Assembly: GCA_963825135.1 (NCBI GenBank)
Contig: CAWGRW010000009.1
Coordinates: forward strand, 1,856,001-1,920,000
Direction of reading: 5' to 3'
DNA length: 64,000 bases
Origin: an uncultured bacterium
GTDB taxonomy: Bacteria > Desulfobacterota_D > UBA1144 > Nemesobacterales > UBA2774
Shown here in pieces: positions 38,937 through 48,650 of the stretch (within the stretch, counting starts at the first letter, position 1; every line of letters starts with the position of its first letter). The notes beneath the pieces were generated by a model. The model was not told where the DNA came from. It was given only the letters and a program-made list of their open reading frames with translations, and ran no database searches. The position numbers were made by a program, and so were the translations under genes.

Positions 38937-39920
38937 TTAATTTGCTTGAGTATAGTCAAGATCCGCACCTTCGTGAATAGCGAGACCTATCTGTTCCTTT
39001 CTACCGCTACGACCGTTATACCAGAGATACCAGTTTTTATTATTTTGAATAACAAAAGGCTTATAGACCGCATCGTGGTCCCACGATCCATACATGCCAG
39101 GTTTAATAATAGGGTTTGCGGGGTTTCTTTTCCAATTGCTAACCCCATCCGGTGAATATGCAATACCTATCATAGCATGGTCTGTATCCCGAAAACCGAT
39201 ATAGAACATTACATAGTGGTCTTCAAGAAAGAGTACTTGACCTCCTGTAACCTTGTAACTATCCCATCCTGACCCATTCTCGGATGGCCGAAAGACGGGT
39301 TCGTGATTTTTGGTCCAATTAACTCCATCTGGGCTTGTTGCATGGCCAATTGCATCCGGCTCATACTGCTCCCCGCCAGAGTACCACATCATATATAAGT
39401 GCCTGTTTTCATTCCAGATAACGCTAGGACACATAACTGCGTCTTTCTCCCAGGGCAGCTCGGGGGTGACAACCGGTTTCTTGCTAACCCGAGTCCAGTT
39501 AACTCCGTCAGGGCTAGTTGCATAGCCAATAAATGAGTTTTTTTCAGTCTGTCCTGTATACCACATTTGATATTCGTTTGCACGTTTTAATACTACTGGA
39601 CGATTAACGCTCTCCGCCCATCCCGTAGCATGATCAGGTTCGAGTACTACCGTTGGTGAGCTCCAGTTAATGCCATCTTTGCTCTCAGTTAACGCTATAC
39701 TATCCTTCGGACGCCACGAAAACCACATTCGATATACATCACCTTCTTTAATCACAGAAACATCAAATACAGTACCTAATTTGCCTCCGAATACCGGATT
39801 CCTCTCAAATTTTCTCCAACCGCTGTTTTTTTCATGCGAACAAGACTGAATGAGAATAAAAGTAATGAGAATTATCGGGAGCAGAAGATAAACAAGATGT
39901 TTGATTTTAAGAGTCCTCAT
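38937..39920 (-). CDS. Five-bladed beta-propeller glycosidase-like putative lipoprotein (GH32/43/130 clan)
   Basis: Signal ending in IQSC; repeated blades MW(Y/F).G...IG.A.S.DG.NW...P. Confidence 0.75.
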   Translation of the reverse strand: MRTLKIKHLVYLLLPIILITFILIQSCSHEKNSGWRKFERNPVFGGKLGTVFDVSVIKEGDVYRMWFSWRPKDSIALTESKDGINWSSPTVVLEPDHATGWAESVNRPVVLKRANEYQMWYTGQTEKNSFIGYATSPDGVNWTRVSKKPVVTPELPWEKDAVMCPSVIWNENRHLYMMWYSGGEQYEPDAIGHATSPDGVNWTKNHEPVFRPSENGSGWDSYKVTGGQVLFLEDHYVMFYIGFRDTDHAMIGIAYSPDGVSNWKRNPANPIIKPGMYGSWDHDAVYKPFVIQNNKNWYLWYNGRSGRKEQIGLAIHEGADLDYTQAN

Positions 39921-40103
39921 ACTTTAGAAACTCGCTACAATCATGGTGGTGCTTGTATAATTAGTATAGTATTATTCTTCCTGTGCGCTACCTCGACGTC
40001 AAACACGATTTAATAAATTAAAGCCTAAATCATATAACTGTAAATAGAAGATTAAAAATCGCATAGATGATAGCTTTAAATGCTCAATGAGCGTGTTACG
40101 TAA

Positions 40104-41720
40104 GTGATAAAAATAATAACTAATCGATCAATCTATGTATATCTGCTGTTTGCAGTTTTGATATTGATTAATGGAATACTATTTTACCCTAAGTTTGATC
40201 TTGAGCATAAACGAGACTCCGGCGTATTCTTATACATGGGCCAACAAATTCTTAACGGTAATATCCCTTACAGGGACGTTTGGGATCACAAAGGGCCTGT
40301 AATATATTATATCAATGCACTAGGTCTCTTTGTGAGCCAAGGTTCCGAATGGGGTGTAGTTTTTCTCGAGTTTCTTTCGCTGTTCAGTGCTATATCCCTA
40401 GGATATTTAGTTATGGGCAGATCATTCGGAAGAATACCCGCTTTTTTTGCATCCATATTATGGCTCTTTGGTTTGTTTTACTTATTTCGGGATGGAAATT
40501 TAACTGAAGAATATGGACTGCCTCTTAGCTTTGCCACATTGTTTTTTTTCTCACGGTTTATCAATTCTAATTTAAAGCCAATTTATGTTTTTGCTATTGG
40601 TGTTATCTTCTCGATATCATTTTTGTTAAGACCGAATAACATTGGAATGCAGATTGCGGTGATACTACTTATCTTTTTGTCTTATATTTCAGATAGACGA
40701 TTTTATGATTTTATAAAGCTAATTTCTGTTTTTGTTCTCGGTTTTTTTGTTATTACTATACCAGTATTACTCTACTTTCAATGGAATAATGCACTAACCG
40801 AACTTATTGACCAACTTTTTAGATACAATTCTATATATTCCAAGACTACTCTCAGGCATCAAATACACTCTTTTCTCGTCGGAACTACAATACTTTGGCC
40901 TTCGGGGCTTATCATAACTGCCTCGGTCGCATGGATTGTAGGGATTTTAAGTATTGAAAGAAAACTGAATTTGAAAGACATACAACAAGCTTTGACTTAC
41001 GTAGCGCTTATTGGCCTACCGGTTGAATTTATTTTATCTAGCATATCGGGTAGAGTTTATGATCATTACTATATATGTTGGCTACCAATACTGGCGATTT
41101 TAACTTGTTTATTTGCTTTTGGTATTATAAAAAACGTCTCTGACTCAAGAATTAAATTCCTCAAGCTCAATATTAACACTGGCCATATATGGATTTTTGC
41201 ATTTCTAGTCGTATTAACCGCCTATACGATTCCACAATATTATTACCGCTATGAGGAAATCACTCATTTAGATAATCAAGATTGGTCTCACGAAATATCA
41301 ATAATCAGGAAACATCTGAAAGGAGAAAGATATTTACTGATGTGGGGAGCCGAGACATCATTCAACTTTGTTACTCAAATGAAATCACCAACACGTTATA
41401 CATATCAGTTTCCTCTATATACTTGTGGTTATGCTACAAAAAAAATGATAGATGAGTTCCTAAACGATATTTCACAAAAAAAACCGTTAATAGTAGACGC
41501 ATCATCCAACGCTGATAATGGGTCAATTCCACCCATTGATCAGAATGAAAGGATGAAATGGAAATATGTTCCTTTTGCGGGATACAAATATGAGAATCAA
41601 GCTTGCTCGCTATCTCCTGAAATGGAAAAGGTATTTAAATTTATAAACTCGCATTACAAAGTGGTTGATGTAAGTAAGCAAAACGGATGGATTGTTTATA
41701 AATATATTAATGGTGTATAA
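40104..41720 (+). CDS. GT-C fold (ArnT/PMT-like) membrane glycosyltransferase, paralog B
   Basis: DSGVFLYMGQQIL.G..PYRDVWDHKGP, GNLTEEY, LRPNNIGMQ, DHYYICWLP; colinear with 33755-35377. Confidence 0.8.
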   Translation: MIKIITNRSIYVYLLFAVLILINGILFYPKFDLEHKRDSGVFLYMGQQILNGNIPYRDVWDHKGPVIYYINALGLFVSQGSEWGVVFLEFLSLFSAISLGYLVMGRSFGRIPAFFASILWLFGLFYLFRDGNLTEEYGLPLSFATLFFFSRFINSNLKPIYVFAIGVIFSISFLLRPNNIGMQIAVILLIFLSYISDRRFYDFIKLISVFVLGFFVITIPVLLYFQWNNALTELIDQLFRYNSIYSKTTLRHQIHSFLVGTTILWPSGLIITASVAWIVGILSIERKLNLKDIQQALTYVALIGLPVEFILSSISGRVYDHYYICWLPILAILTCLFAFGIIKNVSDSRIKFLKLNINTGHIWIFAFLVVLTAYTIPQYYYRYEEITHLDNQDWSHEISIIRKHLKGERYLLMWGAETSFNFVTQMKSPTRYTYQFPLYTCGYATKKMIDEFLNDISQKKPLIVDASSNADNGSIPPIDQNERMKWKYVPFAGYKYENQACSLSPEMEKVFKFINSHYKVVDVSKQNGWIVYKYINGV

Positions 41721-42110
41721 GCATCCCAGCATGGTACACGATTTATAAGTTGACCTTCCCCCCGTGCTTTATTCAACGGCAGGATGTACTGCTCCCTTCT
41801 TGTCAAGCTCAGTTTAAGTTTGAATCATGTATAATTTAAGATGTCCTGATTCATCCTGACGACTTCGCGCAATGTGGTTCGAGGCCTCCTTTGTGCATTT
41901 ACCTTGTTCTTATTCCGTAAGTCTACAATTGCACAGTTACCTTTCTTTTTCGTAATGCAAGTCACACTATTCCCAAAACACACGCCGCAGCAGTAATTTA
42001 CAAATCATTAGAATGAGTTATAATTTGTATATTCCCTTATCTAATAGCGTTTTAGGTAGCAAAAGTTTATTATACTAGGTATTGATGCACAGACGATTTA
42101 GAAGGATCAT

Positions 42111-42854
42111 ATGATGAATAGTCCCCGCCGAATAAAAACCCCTGTCTCAATTGTAATGCCGGTCTATAATGAGGACGAGATTATACAAAAGACGGTATGT
42201 GACTACCATTCGGAAATTGTTGGACAATTACCCGGATCCGAAATGGTTATAGTCGATGATTGCTCAACTGACAGCACCCCTGAGATTCTCGGGAAACTCG
42301 AAAAGGAGTTAGATGGTATAAAAGTTTTAAAACCTGAGAGAAATGGCGGACACGGTAAAGCGCTGCGTTTGGCATATGAAAATGCGAAACTCGGTCTGAT
42401 ATTTCATACTGACAGCGATTATCAGTTCGATCCTAAAGACTTTTGGAAATTGTATGCAGAAATAGAAGACCACGATCTGGTAATAGGTTATAGAGCTACG
42501 CGACATGATCCTCTCCCACGTCTTGTGATTACCAATATCCTGAGAGCATCCAATATGGCCATATTTGGCTTCAATATAAGGGATGCCAATTCTCCATTCA
42601 GATTAATACGAAAAGAGTGCCTGGAGGAATGTCTCAAGGTCATCGACCCTGAAGCGTTTGCTCCGTCCATAATGCTGGCAATCGCTGCCAAGTCTATGGG
42701 TTACAGGGTGAAAGAGATTCCGGTTACTCACCTTCCCCGTCTGACCGGAGAAGTCTCGATTAAAAAGTGGAAGCTCCTAAAGGCCTGTATGCGATCGCTG
42801 TCACAAAACATTGAATTAAAAAAGCGGTTGCGGGATTACTCTGCACTGACGTAG
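42111..42854 (+). CDS. GT2 polyprenol-phosphate glycosyltransferase (DPM1/GtrB-like)
   Basis: SIVMPVYNE, VDDCSTD.T, NGGHG.AL, TDSDYQFDP, VIGYR..R.D, DANSPFRL, EIPVTH.PR. Confidence 0.88.
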   Translation: MMNSPRRIKTPVSIVMPVYNEDEIIQKTVCDYHSEIVGQLPGSEMVIVDDCSTDSTPEILGKLEKELDGIKVLKPERNGGHGKALRLAYENAKLGLIFHTDSDYQFDPKDFWKLYAEIEDHDLVIGYRATRHDPLPRLVITNILRASNMAIFGFNIRDANSPFRLIRKECLEECLKVIDPEAFAPSIMLAIAAKSMGYRVKEIPVTHLPRLTGEVSIKKWKLLKACMRSLSQNIELKKRLRDYSALT

Positions 42855-43060
42855 GGAACGTAAGACGTTTATCGCTGTTCTTTATTGCCCACACTATTAA
42901 CGAATACCCTTATCTGAAACTTCTTAAATTCTATCATTGCATAAGAATGTAGCCCGTACAAGTCAGGTTTGCATTGTTTAGATGCCTGTTCTTTTTTCTT
43001 ATCTATGGGATGGGTTGAATCTATGGAATCTGTGTAGATATATAAATTCTGCATTTCAGG

Positions 43061-43711
43061 CTAATTTTTGAAAACTAGGAATTTAAAGCCCAGGAAATTC
43101 CAGCTTATCACAATAGCTATGGCTATGGACGCTCCTATATTGGCCCATAGAATTGGAGATATCCCCCCCAGCGGTCCTATGATGTTAACTATGAAGGATG
43201 CAACACCGACATTTACTAAAAAGCCGATAAATGCAACGATGATAAATTTAATAAATTGTCTTCCCATCCCCTTTCTCTCCTTATTTTCAAATGTCCAATA
43301 CTTATTCCACAAATAGCTATTCACTACCGCAAAAATAAATGAGACCCCTTTAAATAAGGAAAACATGTACCCCTTATCCACGCCTGAAGTCAGGATCAGA
43401 AAGTTTAGAATCCCGAAATCTATAGCGGTATTTGATGCCCCGATCGGTATGAACTTGCCGATTTGAAAGAGCACATTCGATCTGTTGCCGAGATGAAAAA
43501 ACACATACACCCATAACACGACAAACAGAGGGGCAAGTATAAAAACGAGAAGTAAAATTAAATTATATGGAAGATGACGTAAAAGAATTCTGTCCTTGAG
43601 AGCCCCTAAGACCGCTACAGCAAAGAAAGAAACTATAAAACCCAGTATCAATGAGATAATTAGATCAGATCTTTTCATTTCCACATCCGGGCTTTCTATG
43701 AGCGATTTCAA
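43061..43711 (-). CDS. GtrA-family flippase with two extra N-terminal TMs
   Basis: [38 protein letters not shown]; alternative ATG at 43678. Confidence 0.88.
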   Translation of the reverse strand: MKSLIESPDVEMKRSDLIISLILGFIVSFFAVAVLGALKDRILLRHLPYNLILLLVFILAPLFVVLWVYVFFHLGNRSNVLFQIGKFIPIGASNTAIDFGILNFLILTSGVDKGYMFSLFKGVSFIFAVVNSYLWNKYWTFENKERKGMGRQFIKFIIVAFIGFLVNVGVASFIVNIIGPLGGISPILWANIGASIAIAIVISWNFLGFKFLVFKN

Positions 43712-43931
43712 TAGTTATGTTAGTAGAATTTCGCATTGTGAGAATTATAACCCCGTTATCCACAAAATTTCTTTGCCAATATTATTCTTTATAGAATGAT
43801 CTTATACTATGTTAGTATGTTCGTACAAAATCGACCAGCACACGGCTTTCTAGGCTGAGATTGCAGAATACGAAAAGGCAGAGTATTGTGCTCAATTGGA
43901 TAGTTTGGAGAATAGATAAAGTGGCAGATCG

Positions 43932-44699
43932 ATGACTGAGCCCTTGGCGAAAAAGATAGTTCATGATGCATACGGTAATCCAAAAGTAGTAGCTGGCTAT
44001 CAGGGCAATATAGGGCTATGGAGATCCGAGGAGATACTGATCCGGCGCTTTTTCCCTCGAGAAGGAACATTGCTGGATCTCGGCTGCGGGGCCGGGCGGA
44101 CATCCATCCCACTGGCACAGATGGGTTACGAGGTAGTGGGGATTGATATAAGTGCCGCTATGTTGAGCGCGGCGATACTGGAATCGCAAAGGCTCCACAT
44201 AAAGATTGATTTTCAAGAAATGGATGCCAGGGTCCTGACCTTTGCCGATCAATCATTCGATTGCGCCATTTATTCATTTAACGGACTCGATCACATACCT
44301 GGTTATGCCGGGAAACTCGAGGTGTTGCGGGAAGTCTTCCGTGTGCTGAAGCCCGGAGCCCCCTTTATTTTTTCGGCTCATCGCATATGGAGCCCATTCC
44401 ATCTGAGGAAATTGATTTTGAGCGGTATCAGAATGAGCCTCGGCAGGATTATGCGTTTTAGTATGTTGGAAAAAGAATGGGGTGAGCTCTATGATTTGAA
44501 TGCGGCGGATCCGGAGGAGCGTTACAGCAGCTTCCTGTCTTCCAGAAGATGGAAGCGGGCGCTCCACGCTGCTGGATTTGATCTCGTCTTTTGTCAATCC
44601 CGGTACCGACTGGAGTCACAAAGACTCAGTGGATGGATTAGCAAGAGCCTCAGTAGTGGAAATTTTATGTTCTTCGTAGCTCGCAAGCCCTGCCCATGA
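43932..44699 (+). CDS. Class I SAM-dependent methyltransferase
   Basis: LLDLGCGAGR, GIDIS..ML, F.DQSFD, EVFRVLKPG. Confidence 0.9.
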   Translation: MTEPLAKKIVHDAYGNPKVVAGYQGNIGLWRSEEILIRRFFPREGTLLDLGCGAGRTSIPLAQMGYEVVGIDISAAMLSAAILESQRLHIKIDFQEMDARVLTFADQSFDCAIYSFNGLDHIPGYAGKLEVLREVFRVLKPGAPFIFSAHRIWSPFHLRKLILSGIRMSLGRIMRFSMLEKEWGELYDLNAADPEERYSSFLSSRRWKRALHAAGFDLVFCQSRYRLESQRLSGWISKSLSSGNFMFFVARKPCP

Positions 44700-44778
44700 G
44701 GTTTCCAGCTCAATCATGATATTTTATCAATGATCGATGCCCGACTTAAATTTACTCCGGATGATAGGGTGGTACGGA

Positions 44779-45720
44779 TCAAGGTAATCTCAGGTGGGCC
44801 ATTGACTCGACAATCTTTTTTGCTCTTCTCGTGAATTTTTGTTTGTAACTTGAGAGTTTGAATAAGGTTGGGTGCTTGTATTTCCATATCCTGAAACGAA
44901 GTGCCTTAAGTAAATCAGCATCTTTAATTCCGTTCCTTGCTAAATATTTTTCAAGCCAGTCGAGATAAAATAGTTCCGCTGAGAGCCATTGGCCTTTTTG
45001 TACAGCGACACTGTAACACGATTCTGGGTGCACTCTGTATAAATCCCAACATGATTCGGACACATATACCGGTGAATTTAGAAATAACTTTGCTTTAAAA
45101 GCCTGATCTTCATGCATACCCGTAAATATTTCTTCAAACCCTCCTATCTCTTCTATAACTCTTTTACGAAACATAGCGTTTGACATTGAAGCCCCTAATA
45201 CATAACCGTATAAATTTAAAATCAGCAGGGTAGGGGGATGGATTACGGTGTTCAGTATTATTGAATTTTTCCGTATCCCGTCGTGCCCGTAGTTATCAAG
45301 CTCCTTATCTTTGTCGTTCCCGGTCCAGCTATACCAGGCTTTAGTATTTCCGTAGACCATGCCTATTTCCGGATGAGATTCCATTATAGAAACTTGTTCT
45401 CGAAGCTTATTCGGCAGCCAGATGTCGTCGGCATCGAGAGTTGCTATGTATTCCCCCCTTGAATTTCGAATTCCCAGATTTCTAGCGGCGCTCAATCCTC
45501 TGTTCGCATGTCCTTCATGCTCGAAGTAAAAAACTTTGTCGGGGTGTCGTTCCTGATAATCAAGCGCAATCTTCGTGCTGCTATCCGTCGAGCCGTCGTC
45601 AACGAGCAGAAGCTCCCAATCGTCATACGTTTGGGCGAATACGCTTTCTAAAGTCTCGGTAATAAACTTTTCTGCGTTGAAAAAACAAATAACGATCGAT
45701 ATAGCGGGTTTCTTAGTCAT
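44779..45720 (-). CDS. GT2 glycosyltransferase
   Basis: SIVICFFN.E, LLLVDDGSTD, N.GLSAARNLG, GEYIATLDADDIW, HED. Confidence 0.93.
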   Translation of the reverse strand: MTKKPAISIVICFFNAEKFITETLESVFAQTYDDWELLLVDDGSTDSSTKIALDYQERHPDKVFYFEHEGHANRGLSAARNLGIRNSRGEYIATLDADDIWLPNKLREQVSIMESHPEIGMVYGNTKAWYSWTGNDKDKELDNYGHDGIRKNSIILNTVIHPPTLLILNLYGYVLGASMSNAMFRKRVIEEIGGFEEIFTGMHEDQAFKAKLFLNSPVYVSESCWDLYRVHPESCYSVAVQKGQWLSAELFYLDWLEKYLARNGIKDADLLKALRFRIWKYKHPTLFKLSSYKQKFTRRAKKIVESMAHLRLP

Positions 45721-45726
45721 TTTATT

Positions 45727-47055
45727 TCATTCTTCGATTGACCATTTGTGTTCCAATACAAAAAAACATTCGCTCCGGGGAATATTCTCAATACCATAAA
45801 TGATCTCTTCTTCGACCGTGAAATATTCCGCATTAGAAAGATGATAAACCTTTTGTGTTCCGATTAAGAATGTCACATCAACTGCGCATCTGCCGGAAGT
45901 AATTGATACTTTATTAGTTATGCAAGTAATAGTACCTTCATTCGGGAGTGTCTCGGGTATGCCTCCCGAATTATCGCTATCGAGGATTGTGAGGGTTTGG
46001 CCGGTATTAGCATCTTTAATAAAAATGAATACAATCAAATTCCTCACAGGTTTTTCACTTCGGTAACCCACCTTTATTCTTATTCGACTGCTAGGTCGTA
46101 TAGGTTTCCCCGATTCCATGTTATCAATTTGAATAAAAGTGGCCTTAACGCTTCCGTCGCAATTCTTGTCTAGATCACCCCGTTCTTCAAGGGGGATGTA
46201 CTCTCCTCCGCTGACAGATTGTAGGTACTGGTCTACAACTTCTTTCGTGTCTCCGATAGCTTTTAGGCGTCCGTCTTCCAATAAGACCACCCTCTTGCAG
46301 AGCGACAGTATCGCTGCCATGTCATGGGTTACAAAAATAACCGTCCTTCCCTCGGATGAGGCCACCTCGTCCAGCTTCCCGAGGCATTTTTGCTGGAATC
46401 TGGCGTCTCCCACGGCAAGTACCTCGTCAAGTAACAGTATCTCCGGGTCCAGATGAGCAGCTACCGAAAACCCGAGGCGCACGCGCATACCGCTCGAATA
46501 AAATTTAATGGGCGTGTCGATAAAATCTTCGACTCCGGAAAAATCCACAATTTCATTATATTTACGCTCAATTTCACGCTTTTTCATTCCCAGTATTGCG
46601 CCGTTGAGTAATATATTTTCTCTTCCGGTAAGCTCGGGATGAAAGCCTGTCCCTACTTCCAGGAGCGACCCAATACGGCCGTGTATATCAATTCTGCCTT
46701 CAGTCGGTTCGGTTATTCCGGATATTAACTTGAGGAGAGTGCTTTTTCCGGCGCCGTTGCTTCCGATTATCCCGATAATTTCTCCTCTGTTGACGTCGAA
46801 AGTAACATCCTTGAGGGACCATATATAATTGGGTTTGCTGTGGCCGCTTATGCCGGGAAGGCTTCTTTTACTCGGAGGATTCAGTCCGAGGTCCGAACCC
46901 TGTGAACCGTCTTCCCTGTGTTTGCCTCTTTTGAGCCCGGATATGAACCTGGATGCCAGGCTGGTAATGCTTTCCCGCAGCGTATTGTACTTAATTCTTT
47001 CGCCTATCTTGTACTCTTTGCCGATCTTTATGACTTTTATCGCATATTCACTCAT
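45727..47055 (-). CDS. wzt: Polysaccharide ABC transporter ATP-binding protein with a C-terminal Wzt_C-like domain
   Basis: GSNGAGKSTLLK, SLLEVGTGFHPELTGREN, YSSGMRVRLGF, LLLDEVLAVGD..FQ.KC. Confidence 0.93.
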   Translation of the reverse strand: MSEYAIKVIKIGKEYKIGERIKYNTLRESITSLASRFISGLKRGKHREDGSQGSDLGLNPPSKRSLPGISGHSKPNYIWSLKDVTFDVNRGEIIGIIGSNGAGKSTLLKLISGITEPTEGRIDIHGRIGSLLEVGTGFHPELTGRENILLNGAILGMKKREIERKYNEIVDFSGVEDFIDTPIKFYSSGMRVRLGFSVAAHLDPEILLLDEVLAVGDARFQQKCLGKLDEVASSEGRTVIFVTHDMAAILSLCKRVVLLEDGRLKAIGDTKEVVDQYLQSVSGGEYIPLEERGDLDKNCDGSVKATFIQIDNMESGKPIRPSSRIRIKVGYRSEKPVRNLIVFIFIKDANTGQTLTILDSDNSGGIPETLPNEGTITCITNKVSITSGRCAVDVTFLIGTQKVYHLSNAEYFTVEEEIIYGIENIPRSECFFVLEHKWSIEE

Positions 47056-47056
47056 A

Positions 47057-47965
47057 TTAGATTATGTCCGCGAATGTTCTTTCCATGCGTCTGAAATAAA
47101 TTAATCCTCCGACCAGCAGTACTATGACAATGATTATGGAAGCGGCTATGAGATACCAGTCCGGGTTCGACTTTCCGAGCAGTGCCCACCTGAACCCTTC
47201 GACGACTCCCGTCATCGGGTTTAACCCGTAAACAAAGCGCCATTTCTCAGGTACCAGACTGCTCGGGTATGCGATAGGCGTAAGGAATAACCAGATTTGC
47301 GTAAGGAAAGGCACAGTATAACGCACATCCCTGTATTTTACGTTAATTGCCGACAACCAGAGGCTAACTGAAAATGTAGCCGCAGTAGCAAGAATTAGAA
47401 AGAACGGTAATGTAACAATAGCCAACGTGGGCGTTATCCTGTAGTAGAACATCATGCCTATCAATACCAGAAAAGCCACACAGAAATCGACCAGCCCGCC
47501 TGATATCGAAGATAAAGGCATAATCAGCCGAGGGAAGTATATTTTTGTTATCAGATTGCTGTTGTTGACGAGACTGTTGCTTGAGTTGGTCACACCATTG
47601 GCAAAGAGCTGCCAAGGCAAAAGTGCTGCATACGAAAATATTGGATACGGTACTCCGTCCGACGGTATCTTTGCAAGGTTCCCGAAGAAAATTGTAAATA
47701 CAACCATTGTCAAAAGGGGTTGCAGAACGGCCCAGACTACCCCCAGAGCGGTTTGTTTGTAACGTACTTTGAGATCCCGCCACGTAAGGAAGTAGATGAG
47801 CTCATGGTATTCCAAGAGCTCGTTCAGTCTCAGAGAAAGTCCTTTGCTGGGTTCACGTACGGCAAAGAGTTTTCCGTGTTTTGAATCTGCCCTATCCTCG
47901 GAATTGTCGGCCGAGACTACTTCGTTTTGATTATTTATCTTTGACGTAACAGTTGTTTTCTCCAT
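47057..47965 (-). CDS. wzm: Polysaccharide ABC transporter permease
   Basis: RDLKVRYKQT.LG..WAVLQP, LITKIYFPR, YRDV, TPIAYP, LNPMTG..EGFR, FADII. Confidence 0.93.
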   Translation of the reverse strand: MEKTTVTSKINNQNEVVSADNSEDRADSKHGKLFAVREPSKGLSLRLNELLEYHELIYFLTWRDLKVRYKQTALGVVWAVLQPLLTMVVFTIFFGNLAKIPSDGVPYPIFSYAALLPWQLFANGVTNSSNSLVNNSNLITKIYFPRLIMPLSSISGGLVDFCVAFLVLIGMMFYYRITPTLAIVTLPFFLILATAATFSVSLWLSAINVKYRDVRYTVPFLTQIWLFLTPIAYPSSLVPEKWRFVYGLNPMTGVVEGFRWALLGKSNPDWYLIAASIIIVIVLLVGGLIYFRRMERTFADII

Positions 47966-48650
47966 TGATTTGTCGATATTGAGAAATCTGAAATTGTGCT
48001 CGAAAATCCGGTATCGATAGTATTATAATGCTAAAATTCTCCATAAAATGCTAATTCCATTGATGCTTCCTAATTAGCTGATATTATTAGATATTGTTTC
48101 CGAGTGCAAAATTGTCTCAATTAATCGAGAGGGCAACCGACCACTTATCACGGCAACTCCTACACTCTAATGGATATCTTGTATATGAATGTTATTAGTA
48201 TACAATATACTTGTATTTATGTGCCGAGAAAAGCTTGTAGAACATAATCGTATGAATCTCGAACTTCATATTTCAATTAATTTAGACGAAATTTTCATCT
48301 TGAGTGGTTAACTTAAACGCAATTCGAATATATTATTTTTCCGATTTATTATTGATAGCATCCGGATACATTAGAACCCCTTAATGAAGAAAAGTTGAGA
48401 TGTATAGAAATTCGTCGATAACATGACGATCTAATTCTTATCGGAGCTCCCATTTTTATGAGCCCTGCGATACTTCATTGTAGAACGTCGGTTAGGTGTA
48501 TTTTTCTACCAGCTATTACCGAGACCGACCTACGATTCATTTTGAACAACGCAGTCTTAACTTTGACTAATAGGGTAATGAATGCGGGGATATTATCTTA
48601 AAAGTATCGGATGGTTATTGAGACGAGTGTATGAATTCTAAGGTCATAGT

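Noticed and set aside
42869..43054. 61-aa ORF between the GtrB-like and GtrA genes
   Set aside because: No recognisable motif or clear RBS; probably spurious.
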